A DNA stretch of 31,842 nt, from contig JBKHVI010000031.1 of assembly GCA_046570105.1 (NCBI GenBank), positions 1 to 31,842 of the forward strand, in the 5' to 3' direction. Each line of letters starts with the position of its first letter. The first letter of the stretch is position 1. Of this stretch, positions 1 through 7,994 are shown piece by piece. This stretch comes from Bacteriovoracia bacterium. GTDB lineage: Bacteria > Bdellovibrionota > Bacteriovoracia > Bacteriovoracales > Bacteriovoracaceae. The notes under the pieces are model-generated. The model saw only the letters and a list, made by a program, of their open reading frames with translations, had not been told where the DNA came from and ran no database searches. Both the position numbers and the translations under genes were made by a program.

Positions 1-850
1 CAACTTTGTTGAACTGGTGCATGCGGATAAGGCCCTTTACGTCACGGCCATGTGACCCGGCTTCAGAGCGAAAACATGGGCTGTAAGCCGTATATTTATA
101 CGGAAGCTCTTTTTCCTCCATGACCATATCACGCTTAATATTGGTTACCGTGACTTCAGAAGTTGGAATCAAGTACCAGTCGGTATCTTCAAGTTTGAAA
201 AGTTGGTCCTTAAACTTAGGTAAATTTCCGGTGCCAACAAGGCTGCGTTCATGAGCTATGAACGGAGGCATGATTTCTTGAAAGCCTTGGCCTAAGTGAT
301 AATCAAGCATAAAGTTGATTAGCGCCCGCTCAAGGCGAGCAAGATCACCTTTTAAAAACACAAAGCGTGCACCCGTAACTCGAGCACCTGCTTCAAAATC
401 AATCATCCCCAGCTTCTCACCTACATCAGCATGATCCATAGGCGTGAAATCAAATACACGAGGTGTACCCCATTTGCGGTATTCAACGTTGTCATTTTCA
501 TCCTTACCCTTTGGCACTGAAGCATCTAGTAGGTTTGGAATCGTGAGAAGAATTTGAGTTTGCTCGTCTTGAACGGTAGCAAGGTTGGCTTCATCTTGAG
601 CCATTTCTGCTTTTAGTTTTGCCACTTGATCCATCAGGCCCTGGGCATCTTGTTTATTTTTTTTGAGCTCACCAATTTCGCGAGAAAGTTTGTTCGCTTC
701 TGCTTTTCGACTTTCAACAGAAGTCGTAAGTGATTTACGCTTTTGATTCAAGGCCAATACTTGATCCACAACTGCAGGGTCTGAGTTGCGAGAAAGGAGG
801 CATTCTTTAACTAATTGATGAGATTCTTCGAGGCGCTTAATGTCGAGCAT
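1..850 (-). CDS. serS: Seryl-tRNA synthetase (5' part; runs off the window's left edge)
   Basis: Not in the ORF track; translated by hand from ATG at 850 as MLDIKRLEESHQLVKECLL..., with IPNLLDASVPKGKDENDN, GARVTGARFVFL, YLIPTSEV and class II motif 2 FRREAGS...GLIRMHQFNKV. A GGAG Shine-Dalgarno lies in the last codons of the upstream gene. Confidence 0.97.
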   Translation of the reverse strand, partial: MLDIKRLEESHQLVKECLLSRNSDPAVVDQVLALNQKRKSLTTSVESRKAEANKLSREIGELKKNKQDAQGLMDQVAKLKAEMAQDEANLATVQDEQTQILLTIPNLLDASVPKGKDENDNVEYRKWGTPRVFDFTPMDHADVGEKLGMIDFEAGARVTGARFVFLKGDLARLERALINFMLDYHLGQGFQEIMPPFIAHERSLVGTGNLPKFKDQLFKLEDTDWYLIPTSEVTVTNIKRDMVMEEKELPYKYTAYSPCFRSEAGSHGRDVKGLIRMHQFNKV

Positions 851-853
851 TGC

Positions 854-3800
854 TTACTCCAGCAGACGAATTTTTTGTTCGATGGCGCCTCTATTTGGGG
901 CGTCCGGAACGAGCTTAAGATACACTTGGTAGCTTTCAATGGCCATAGAGCCCTGCCCCAAGGAGTCATAGACATCACCCATTTTACGATGCACTTCTGG
1001 GTCTGAGAAATTACGCATTTCACTAATTGCGCGCTTATATAAATCGAGCGCTGTTTCAAATTGTCCGCGCTTGTAAGCAACATCGGCTAAGCCACGAATC
1101 GCCCCATATGAGCGAGTGTTGATTCGAAGGCACTTTTTATATTCACTTTCAGCAGCGTTATATTCTTCTTTTTTGAAAAGGATATCACCCACCAGGTTTA
1201 CACCATCTTCATATTCACCATTCATTTTCATGTCTTCGCGCACATCCAAAAGGGCCTGGTCAGGATTGGCAACATACAGCTCGATCAAGGCCTTGTAATA
1301 GCCCACGCGTGGATATGTAGGTAGTTTCTCGCGAATTTTTACAAACCAAAGAGCAGCTTCTTTATAACGTTTAAGCTGCATCAACATCTTCCCAAGATCC
1401 ATCATCGCGCTTAGTTCACCGGGCTCTAACTTAACTAGTTCTTCAGTGTATTTAATCGCATCATCCCAACGTTCATCTAGCATCGATGATTTAACCAAGA
1501 AACGATACACACGTGGATCCCTAACAGGTAATGCTTCAATGTCTTTTTTAGTATCCAAGAACTGTTGGTTTTTCCCAGCTCGATGATAATAAATAGCAAT
1601 TTCACCTAAGATTGAAGGGTTTTTTGGGAATTGCTTTAGCAAACCGAATAAATAATCAATGGCCTTGTCTGCACCATCAACCTCATAGATTATTGCAGCA
1701 TATGCAAGCTTGTACTCAATATGAGTTGGATTAAGCTCCATCGCCTTGAACAAATTGTTTTTTGCCTGTCCGAATCTTTTTGCCCTAGTAAATAATTTCG
1801 CCAATGAAAAGAGATTTTCATCCTCAAGAGGGTTTTGATTAATGGCTTTTTGTAACCATAGAATTGATTGGTTTAGATCTCCTAGCTTTTCAAACATTCG
1901 AGCATTGAGAGATGAGTAACGCCAATCTTCTCTCATTTCTGTCGATGCTAATTGAGCAAAGAGTCTTTTCGCATCATTGAATTTGTAGTTTTGAATATAG
2001 CCATTAAGTAATGCGAAATTTACCACAGGATCCGTGGCATAAGACTTCTGTAGATTTTCCAAAGTCTCCATGGCTTCTTTCGTCATGCCAAGCCGCATTT
2101 GAATTTCTGCTAAGCCAAGATCAGCTTTAATGTAACCAGACCCAAGACCGTGCGCTGACAATGCTTTCAGAAGGGCGGTTTCAAAATCAAAGACCTTGGC
2201 TGCCTCTAACGATGCCTTATAGAGCTCACGGGCCTGTACCTGCTTAATTAATTTAGAGGCTTCGTCATTTGCACCAGCATCAACATCTTTAATATTGATT
2301 AATTTATCGCGAAGGGTATCCGAGTCGTTAAACTTCAAGGATTCCGTAAATTTTTTAGTCGCCTCTATTGTTTTATTTTGAGACGCAAGAACAAATCCTT
2401 CAAATTCAAGCATCTTTCCGTAGTAAATTTTTGATTTCTCCGCCTCAAGCTCTTTAATTTGCTTTATAACTTCTGCAACGCACTTCATGTCTAGTGATTC
2501 GAAACAGAACTCACCCTTGGTAATTATTAATGGCACAGATTTGGGTTGTTCTTTTAGTGCCAACTGAAGAACTTCGCGTGCCTTCTCGGGATAATTCTTA
2601 AATCGATAGTAGTGTATTAAAGCAAGATTCACATCTACGCCACGATCTGTCGTTTTTAATAATGAACTTGCAACTTCGTCAGCTTTCTTTTCAATGTTTT
2701 TATCTGTCAGACTAATCAAGTATGTCGCAAACAACTCCCTCGTCGGATTGTTAGAGCCGGACTTCACGAATCGATCAATCACCTCGTGACCAGCATCCAA
2801 CTTTCCAATTGCTCGGTAAAATAATCCCGCACCCAGCGCAACATCAGGATCAACATCTTGTAACAAACGATTTGATTGCAACAACTTGAATACTACGCCC
2901 CCATCTCGCTCAAACCGAGATGAGTGAGGCAATAATTCGCCATACAAGCGGATTATGCGTGAAAGGGGCGCCTTCTTTTCGATGTCATTTTCATAAGCTT
3001 TTCGATAATTAACAGCCGCTTCTATTTTTTTATAATAGACGCCATCTTTTAAGAGCTCTTTTCCCGCTGAAATAAGTTGCTCTGACTTCAAGGGGTCTTT
3101 CACATTAAATGGAACGGGAAACTCGATAATAGGATCGATGGGAACAATTACATCAGGCTTCTTTTTTGTATCTTCTTCTGGAAATAGCGCAGCCACAATC
3201 ACTAACGCTACCAGGGCGCCTATAATTGTCTTTTTCTTTTTGGCTTTTTTCTCTTCCTCTTCTTTTTCCTCTAGCTCTTGCCGGTCGGTCTCATCTTCTT
3301 CATTCTTCTTTTTTTTCTCTTTGTCTTTTTTTGTATCTAGAGCAATTTTTTCAATCTGATGAAACTCCGCTTCAGATTGTTTGGCTTCGGTTGCAACCAA
3401 TGAACGAATGTCCTCTAGTTTTGCAACCTGAGTAGCATCTTCGTTGTAGTCAATTTTTTCCTTGGCCTGAGCTTCTTTTAGTAAACGCGACTCTTCTTCA
3501 AACTTTCTTCGGAAAGCTTCTTGTCTTATGCGTTGATCTTCTTGTTGTTTGCGCCATTTAATAGCATCAGGAGTGACCGTCGTTTTGTCCTCAGACATTT
3601 CTTCTGTAACTTTTGTCGTGTTTTTTTGAATGACCCGTACAACCGTCTTCTCATTTTCTTCTTCAGCAACCTCTGGTTCTTTTGCTGGAACGATTTTTTT
3701 TGGTGCCGGCGCAGGCACCTCAGTCGGATCGTGTGATTTATAGTCAAATTCACGAAATTTCTCGGGATCCATTTCTTCGGCAGGCAGAGTCACCGATCTC

Positions 3801-4093
3801 TCTATGCGAGGATGAACTTGATCTAACTCTAGGTCAGGAAGATTAGGCGTAAGTTCTTTTTCGTTTTTTAAAGTTGTAAGGTCTACAACAAAAGTTCCCT
3901 CGCCGGCCGATAGCCCTGAATTTTCATTAGACCAAAATTCAAATGTACCAATATTTAGCCAGTCACCAGTCGGAAAGATTTGGCAGTCTTCACTTCCATC
4001 AATATGACTCTTTGTCCTCATTTCGAGGATTTGATTTGCTAAAAATGGTCCGACGACTCGCCCAGTTTTAAGGCGAACCCTATATTTCTCCAT
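854..4093 (-). CDS. Large single-pass membrane TPR protein (N-terminal GYF_2-like domain, acidic linker/coiled coil, TM helix, long TPR array)
   Basis: 1079-aa ORF. N-terminus YRVRLKTGRVVGPF..ILEM...GDW resembles GYF_2. A KKKAKKKK stretch precedes the hydrophobic IIGALVALVIVAALF. Many TPR-like units follow (e.g. AMELNP, VHRKMGDVYDSLGQGSMAIESYQVYLKLVPD). Confidence 0.85.
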   Translation of the reverse strand: MEKYRVRLKTGRVVGPFLANQILEMRTKSHIDGSEDCQIFPTGDWLNIGTFEFWSNENSGLSAGEGTFVVDLTTLKNEKELTPNLPDLELDQVHPRIERSVTLPAEEMDPEKFREFDYKSHDPTEVPAPAPKKIVPAKEPEVAEEENEKTVVRVIQKNTTKVTEEMSEDKTTVTPDAIKWRKQQEDQRIRQEAFRRKFEEESRLLKEAQAKEKIDYNEDATQVAKLEDIRSLVATEAKQSEAEFHQIEKIALDTKKDKEKKKKNEEDETDRQELEEKEEEEKKAKKKKTIIGALVALVIVAALFPEEDTKKKPDVIVPIDPIIEFPVPFNVKDPLKSEQLISAGKELLKDGVYYKKIEAAVNYRKAYENDIEKKAPLSRIIRLYGELLPHSSRFERDGGVVFKLLQSNRLLQDVDPDVALGAGLFYRAIGKLDAGHEVIDRFVKSGSNNPTRELFATYLISLTDKNIEKKADEVASSLLKTTDRGVDVNLALIHYYRFKNYPEKAREVLQLALKEQPKSVPLIITKGEFCFESLDMKCVAEVIKQIKELEAEKSKIYYGKMLEFEGFVLASQNKTIEATKKFTESLKFNDSDTLRDKLINIKDVDAGANDEASKLIKQVQARELYKASLEAAKVFDFETALLKALSAHGLGSGYIKADLGLAEIQMRLGMTKEAMETLENLQKSYATDPVVNFALLNGYIQNYKFNDAKRLFAQLASTEMREDWRYSSLNARMFEKLGDLNQSILWLQKAINQNPLEDENLFSLAKLFTRAKRFGQAKNNLFKAMELNPTHIEYKLAYAAIIYEVDGADKAIDYLFGLLKQFPKNPSILGEIAIYYHRAGKNQQFLDTKKDIEALPVRDPRVYRFLVKSSMLDERWDDAIKYTEELVKLEPGELSAMMDLGKMLMQLKRYKEAALWFVKIREKLPTYPRVGYYKALIELYVANPDQALLDVREDMKMNGEYEDGVNLVGDILFKKEEYNAAESEYKKCLRINTRSYGAIRGLADVAYKRGQFETALDLYKRAISEMRNFSDPEVHRKMGDVYDSLGQGSMAIESYQVYLKLVPDAPNRGAIEQKIRLLE

Positions 4094-4101
4094 ACCTAAC
4101 C

Positions 4102-4107
4102 ATTATA
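4102..4107 (-). promoter_or_regulatory. Putative -10 element (TATAAT) for the TPR gene/serS
   Basis: Perfect TATAAT on the minus strand, 8 nt before the ATG at 4093. No convincing -35 at 16-18 nt spacing. Confidence 0.4.
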
Positions 4108-4160
4108 AGCTTTTTCAATTTCGCGGGGAGAAAATCACCGGACAAACCAAAACACTCAGA

Positions 4161-4799
4161 TTATTTTGCGAACGCATCTAGTAGAATTTTGTCGAACATC
4201 ATTGTTCCATACTGCAAATAAGCTACCAAAAAGAGCCAATTGATAGCACTGGATGAAAAAAGTTTCTTAGAGATTTTCACCAAGCCCATCAGGTAGAGAA
4301 GAATTAACAGAATGGCCAAAATTTCTCCGGCCCAAGCAGGTCTTGCTTGTAGAAAAAGATGCTCAAAGACAAAGAATTGAAAAATGACCATTAGGCGAAG
4401 TAATCCATACTTGTGATAGTCGGAGCCCGGGCTTATTTCTTGGTAAGCAAAAAGTAGGAGAAACTCAGCGGTGATAACGGCCAACCACATACCTAAATTG
4501 TCGTGAGTATAAATCAGTGGCAACAATGTCCATAGAAGGGCTATCGACCACCAGTTCTCCCATTTTGGAAACTTCCAAACTAGAATGACACACGATAGTG
4601 CCAAGCTAAAATGGTAAAAATAGTTTCTCCACGCCAGACCAAAATCATTTGTTATGTACGTTGCCAGTAAGGGTAAAAGCAATAAAACCATACTGCCTAA
4701 ACCACTGAAAAATATTTTTGATTTTCTACCAGTCAATAAAGTTTGCGTTCGAATGAGTGTCGCCAAGACAACACACAAAACAAGGGCCGATGACGTCAT
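4161..4799 (-). CDS. Membrane protein; probable degenerate N-terminal fragment of a NuoL/M/N antiporter-like subunit
   Basis: 212 aa, about 7 hydrophobic segments. LLPLIYTHDNLGMWLAVITAE resembles NuoL MLGLVLSDNLLSLFIFWE, and YHKYGLL resembles NuoN GMKYALY. ATGA overlap with the upstream stop. Confidence 0.6.
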   Translation of the reverse strand: MTSSALVLCVVLATLIRTQTLLTGRKSKIFFSGLGSMVLLLLPLLATYITNDFGLAWRNYFYHFSLALSCVILVWKFPKWENWWSIALLWTLLPLIYTHDNLGMWLAVITAEFLLLFAYQEISPGSDYHKYGLLRLMVIFQFFVFEHLFLQARPAWAGEILAILLILLYLMGLVKISKKLFSSSAINWLFLVAYLQYGTMMFDKILLDAFAK

Positions 4800-5050
4800 T
4801 GTGTCCGCCGTCTTTTTCTAAGCATAAATGAGAGAACGATTGCGAAACACAATACCGCCATAAACAAGCAAACAAACGTTATTCTTTGCCTTTCGACATT
4901 AGCAAACATCGGTCGATGGGCGGCAGTAACAATCACACTTTGTAGCCAAACCATAATTGCTAAATACATACAAAAGATGTTTCTTCGCGTGAACAAACAA
5001 ATCATGGCAAACAATGTCGGTACAAAAAGAAATAAGTCAGCGTCTATCAT
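4796..5050 (-). CDS. Degenerate NuoK-like 3-TM protein
   Basis: 84 aa. TRRNIFCMYLAIMVWLQS aligns without gaps to NuoK SRKNIVAILLGIELILNA, and MAVLCFAIVLSFMLR to IAAAEAAVGLAIVIR. Confidence 0.75.
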   Translation of the reverse strand: MIDADLFLFVPTLFAMICLFTRRNIFCMYLAIMVWLQSVIVTAAHRPMFANVERQRITFVCLFMAVLCFAIVLSFMLRKRRRTQ

Positions 5051-5477
5051 ATAAATTCTTCCCTACGAACCATAGCACCACGACTGCTAACAACATAAAG
5101 GCCTCACCATTTTGAAGCCCTTCTGATATCTGTCGAACTGAACTAACGGCGACATTTCCTTTGTGGAGTGCCAGCAACCAATGTCCAAAAAAGAACGCTA
5201 GAATCAATGACCAAATTAATAAGTGAAAGCTTGCCCGCTTTTTTTGATGAGTCAGAGTTTGATCTCTACTATGCGCACTTAAGGCTGCATACACCGCGAG
5301 AGAGCTTAAGGTCATAATCGCAAAAAAAACCGGATCCAGATCGGTTGGATTGGCCTGAAATAAGAAAAACAAATTGAGGGCGGAGTAACACAAAAAACAC
5401 ACCATCGCGGCTAGTCGATGGTTCGAGAAGAGTGCTCCAAGAGCTAATAAATTAAGAATTAAAAGCAGTCCAAACAT
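5037..5477 (-). CDS. Degenerate NuoJ-like 5-TM protein
   Basis: 146 aa with a 3 TM + loop + TM + loop + TM layout. SSVRQISEGL...AFMLLAVVVL resembles NuoJ STVNKIGHLL...AFELSSVLLL. Confidence 0.7.
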   Translation of the reverse strand: MFGLLLILNLLALGALFSNHRLAAMVCFLCYSALNLFFLFQANPTDLDPVFFAIMTLSSLAVYAALSAHSRDQTLTHQKKRASFHLLIWSLILAFFFGHWLLALHKGNVAVSSVRQISEGLQNGEAFMLLAVVVLWFVGKNLYDRR

Positions 5478-6225
5478 TCATAACCGCCAACGATTTAATT
5501 ATTAGAGATGTCATAAGACAAAACTGGGCCACCCACCAAAAGCGTCTGCGAAGCCAAGCGCGCCCCGCCATTACTCGTACAATACCCCTAAGAGAAACAA
5601 GCGCACCAAGTGAAAAAGCAAACGTTTCAAAATCTGCCAAGGGGAAACCTGCAAAAAAGCTGATGGCAATCAGTGCCCAACAGCATGAAGTGACATCCTC
5701 TAGCGCCGCCAGAATTGACGGCTTGGACTCACCAGCAAACATTACATAAAATACTGTTAAGGACATTATTCCCCAAGGTCTACTGCTCGCAATTTGTAAT
5801 TCTGCAGAACCAAGCAGTACAAGATGTATCAACCAAAAATGTTCGCTGTCTAACTTCAAAGAAACACTTTCCCATTTCGTTGGGATATAAAATTGGGCCG
5901 TTTTTTTCATTACTTCAAGAACGAGAAGAACAACCCAAAACAAGACCCAGAACAATAACGAGAGATCTTCCGAGTGTCGGAGTGTCCATCCCGCTACGCC
6001 ATACTTAACCAACAGAACAGACAGCTTTGCTAGTCGGGCCAAAAATGATTCGCGCTCCACACCCCATCGCAATTGAATTTGCTCTGCAAACCAATGACGC
6101 CAACTACTTACAGAGAGTCCTCCACGACCCGAAGTCCACGGTGAAGTTCTCATGAGATGAATCACAGTTGTGATGACCATCACTACGAGACATAGAAGTA
6201 GTGAAAAAATATGAAGCTCACTCAT
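5452..6225 (-). CDS. Degenerate NuoH-like multi-TM protein
   Basis: 257 aa from ATG 6225, which overlaps the upstream stop (the ORF-track start at 6261 is less likely). Collinear matches to NuoH: RESFLARLAKL~ADKFLFYLAPL, PTKW~NSKW, RPWGIMSLTVFYVMFAGESK~NPFAFIAFFVYFVGALAETN, AALED..AISFFAGF~ALAEY..AALFLGGY. Confidence 0.7.
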   Translation of the reverse strand: MSELHIFSLLLCLVVMVITTVIHLMRTSPWTSGRGGLSVSSWRHWFAEQIQLRWGVERESFLARLAKLSVLLVKYGVAGWTLRHSEDLSLLFWVLFWVVLLVLEVMKKTAQFYIPTKWESVSLKLDSEHFWLIHLVLLGSAELQIASSRPWGIMSLTVFYVMFAGESKPSILAALEDVTSCCWALIAISFFAGFPLADFETFAFSLGALVSLRGIVRVMAGRAWLRRRFWWVAQFCLMTSLIIKSLAVMNVWTAFNS

Positions 6226-6508
6226 CGCCGAGCTTCTTGAAGCGGAATAGTAGAGAGACAAGAATAATAAAGAGGATGATGAGAGCTATCGGTTGTCCCC
6301 AATCGCCAGCAATCTTTCCACCAATGGGAACAAGCATGAGAACAAAATAAATGACGAAATGGAGTGTGAGTTGATCTAGCGCCTCCGAAGAGATGAGTGG
6401 CCCCTGACGAGCACTCACCAAATCAGACGTCCGCTTAAGGCGCATAAACGCGGCAGGAATTACCAGCAAAAAGAGCGGAAGAATGAGAACGAAAATTTCG
6501 TTTCCCAT
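6218..6508 (-). CDS. Degenerate NuoA-like 3-TM protein
   Basis: 96 aa, TM-loop-TM-TM. VLMLVPI resembles SVLMFPV, and C-terminal FRFKKLGD resembles YCWKKGD. SD-like AGGTGG; starts 8 nt after the nuoN stop. Confidence 0.65.
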   Translation of the reverse strand: MGNEIFVLILPLFLLVIPAAFMRLKRTSDLVSARQGPLISSEALDQLTLHFVIYFVLMLVPIGGKIAGDWGQPIALIILFIILVSLLFRFKKLGDE

Positions 6509-6516
6509 TCAGCCAC

Positions 6517-7983
6517 CTATTGTAAAAAAAGTTTTGCGCTACCTGAGAGATTCATTAGACCTTCCCAGAAAATTCCTAAGAACAAAACTGGGATCGTTAA
6601 TACGACAATCAAAGCGGTTGTTCCTTCAGTGAAACCAGCCACTTTTTCTTGTGACTCAGCTTTGCCAAACACCATCTCTTTGACGAGTTTCATGTAGTAA
6701 TAAAGGGCAATGACAGAGTTTATGGCCGCAATGAAAGCAAGGCTCATATAACCTTTCTCAATTGCAACAGAGAGAATATTAAACTTTGCTACAAAACCAC
6801 TAAATGGTGGCATGCCTGCCAAAGAGAAAAGCACTACCGACATGGCAATTGCCATAAGCGGGTGACGATGAATGAGTCCGCGGAAAACAGATTGGCTGTC
6901 CGTTCCGTAAGCGTCGTTTAAAACGGATGTAATCCAGAAGGCCACCAGAGTCATAAACATATAAGTAACGCCATAGAACAAAATGGCACGTGTGCCAACT
7001 TCGTTCAAGACGACGATACCCATAATCATCATTCCAACGTGACCAATAGACGAGAAGGCCAGTAGTCGCTTAACCGAGTCTTGTCCAATCGCTGAAACGT
7101 TACCCACCGTCATAGTGAGAGCCGCAACCACATGAAGTAATCCAACCCAAGCAATTGCTACGCCACTGTCTCCGCCAAAGAAAAGATGAGAGACACGAAT
7201 TAAGACTGCAAGCCCTGCCATCTTGGGAACAATCGCAAAAAACGCTGTAACCGGTATAGGAGAGCCTTGATAAACATCTGGGCTCCACATATGGAAAGGG
7301 AATGCGCTGATTTTGTATCCAAGACCTGCAAAAAATAACAGAAATGAGGCCATCAAATAAACTTGGTCTGCACCCTGAAGTGCGGCGACCTTAGGCACGA
7401 GTTCAACGAATTGAATTGAGCCGAGCATTCCGTAAATATGGCTCATCCCAAACAGCATGATACCAGCAGTGAGTCCACCATAGAGCGCGTACTTCATACC
7501 TGCTTCTGTTGAAGTCGAATCTTCGCGTTTCAGTGAGCTCATCACGTAACTAAGAATTGAGAGTGTTTCTATTCCCAAATAAAGCGTGAGCATGTTGTTG
7601 GCACTTGCGAGCAGCATTCCACCAATAAGTGTCCCCACGGCCATGATCGCAAATTCAGATTTCAAATTTGGATAGATGTCATTTGATGAACGGGCCAACC
7701 AAATTGTTCCAATCGTTCCGCCCACCATGATGAGCTTCATGAAAGTACCAAATGAATCGATAACGACTGCTTGATAAAAAGCAGGTGCTCCAGGAATTCC
7801 CAAATTGTGTACCAAAAATGCAGCAGCCAATACGAGACCAACTGTTGCTAAAACAAATACCGACTTACGATCAGTTCCCTCTTCCTTGTGCATTGATTCT
7901 GCAATCAACAAAAGACACATCAGAACGACGCAAACGACCTCGGGAAGGTATACAAGCAAAGAGGTTTTTAAAATCTCGAGCAC
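6517..7983 (-). CDS. nuoN: NADH-quinone oxidoreductase subunit N
   Basis: 488 aa, GTG start. Motifs LYLGIETLS, EAGMKY, GLGYKISAFPFHMWSPDVYQGSP, KRLLAFSSIGH, SLAGMPPFSGFVAK. Confidence 0.97.
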   Translation of the reverse strand: MLEILKTSLLVYLPEVVCVVLMCLLLIAESMHKEEGTDRKSVFVLATVGLVLAAAFLVHNLGIPGAPAFYQAVVIDSFGTFMKLIMVGGTIGTIWLARSSNDIYPNLKSEFAIMAVGTLIGGMLLASANNMLTLYLGIETLSILSYVMSSLKREDSTSTEAGMKYALYGGLTAGIMLFGMSHIYGMLGSIQFVELVPKVAALQGADQVYLMASFLLFFAGLGYKISAFPFHMWSPDVYQGSPIPVTAFFAIVPKMAGLAVLIRVSHLFFGGDSGVAIAWVGLLHVVAALTMTVGNVSAIGQDSVKRLLAFSSIGHVGMMIMGIVVLNEVGTRAILFYGVTYMFMTLVAFWITSVLNDAYGTDSQSVFRGLIHRHPLMAIAMSVVLFSLAGMPPFSGFVAKFNILSVAIEKGYMSLAFIAAINSVIALYYYMKLVKEMVFGKAESQEKVAGFTEGTTALIVVLTIPVLFLGIFWEGLMNLSGSAKLFLQ

Positions 7984-7994
7984 AAGGCCCCCTT

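Noticed and set aside
3138..3753. Short alternative ORFs and low-complexity T/C-rich tract
   Set aside because: These are shadows of the Lys/Glu-rich linker of the TPR gene, not a repeat element.
4161..6508. Reading the small-gene cassette as an Mrp antiporter or energy-converting hydrogenase module
   Set aside because: There is no full-length MrpA/D or hydrogenase subunit, and the order and motifs track the adjacent nuoA-H-J-K-L. Not formally excluded without a profile search.
4161..6508. Calling the cassette pseudogenes
   Set aside because: No internal stops or frameshifts despite extreme divergence, and start/stop overlaps are retained.
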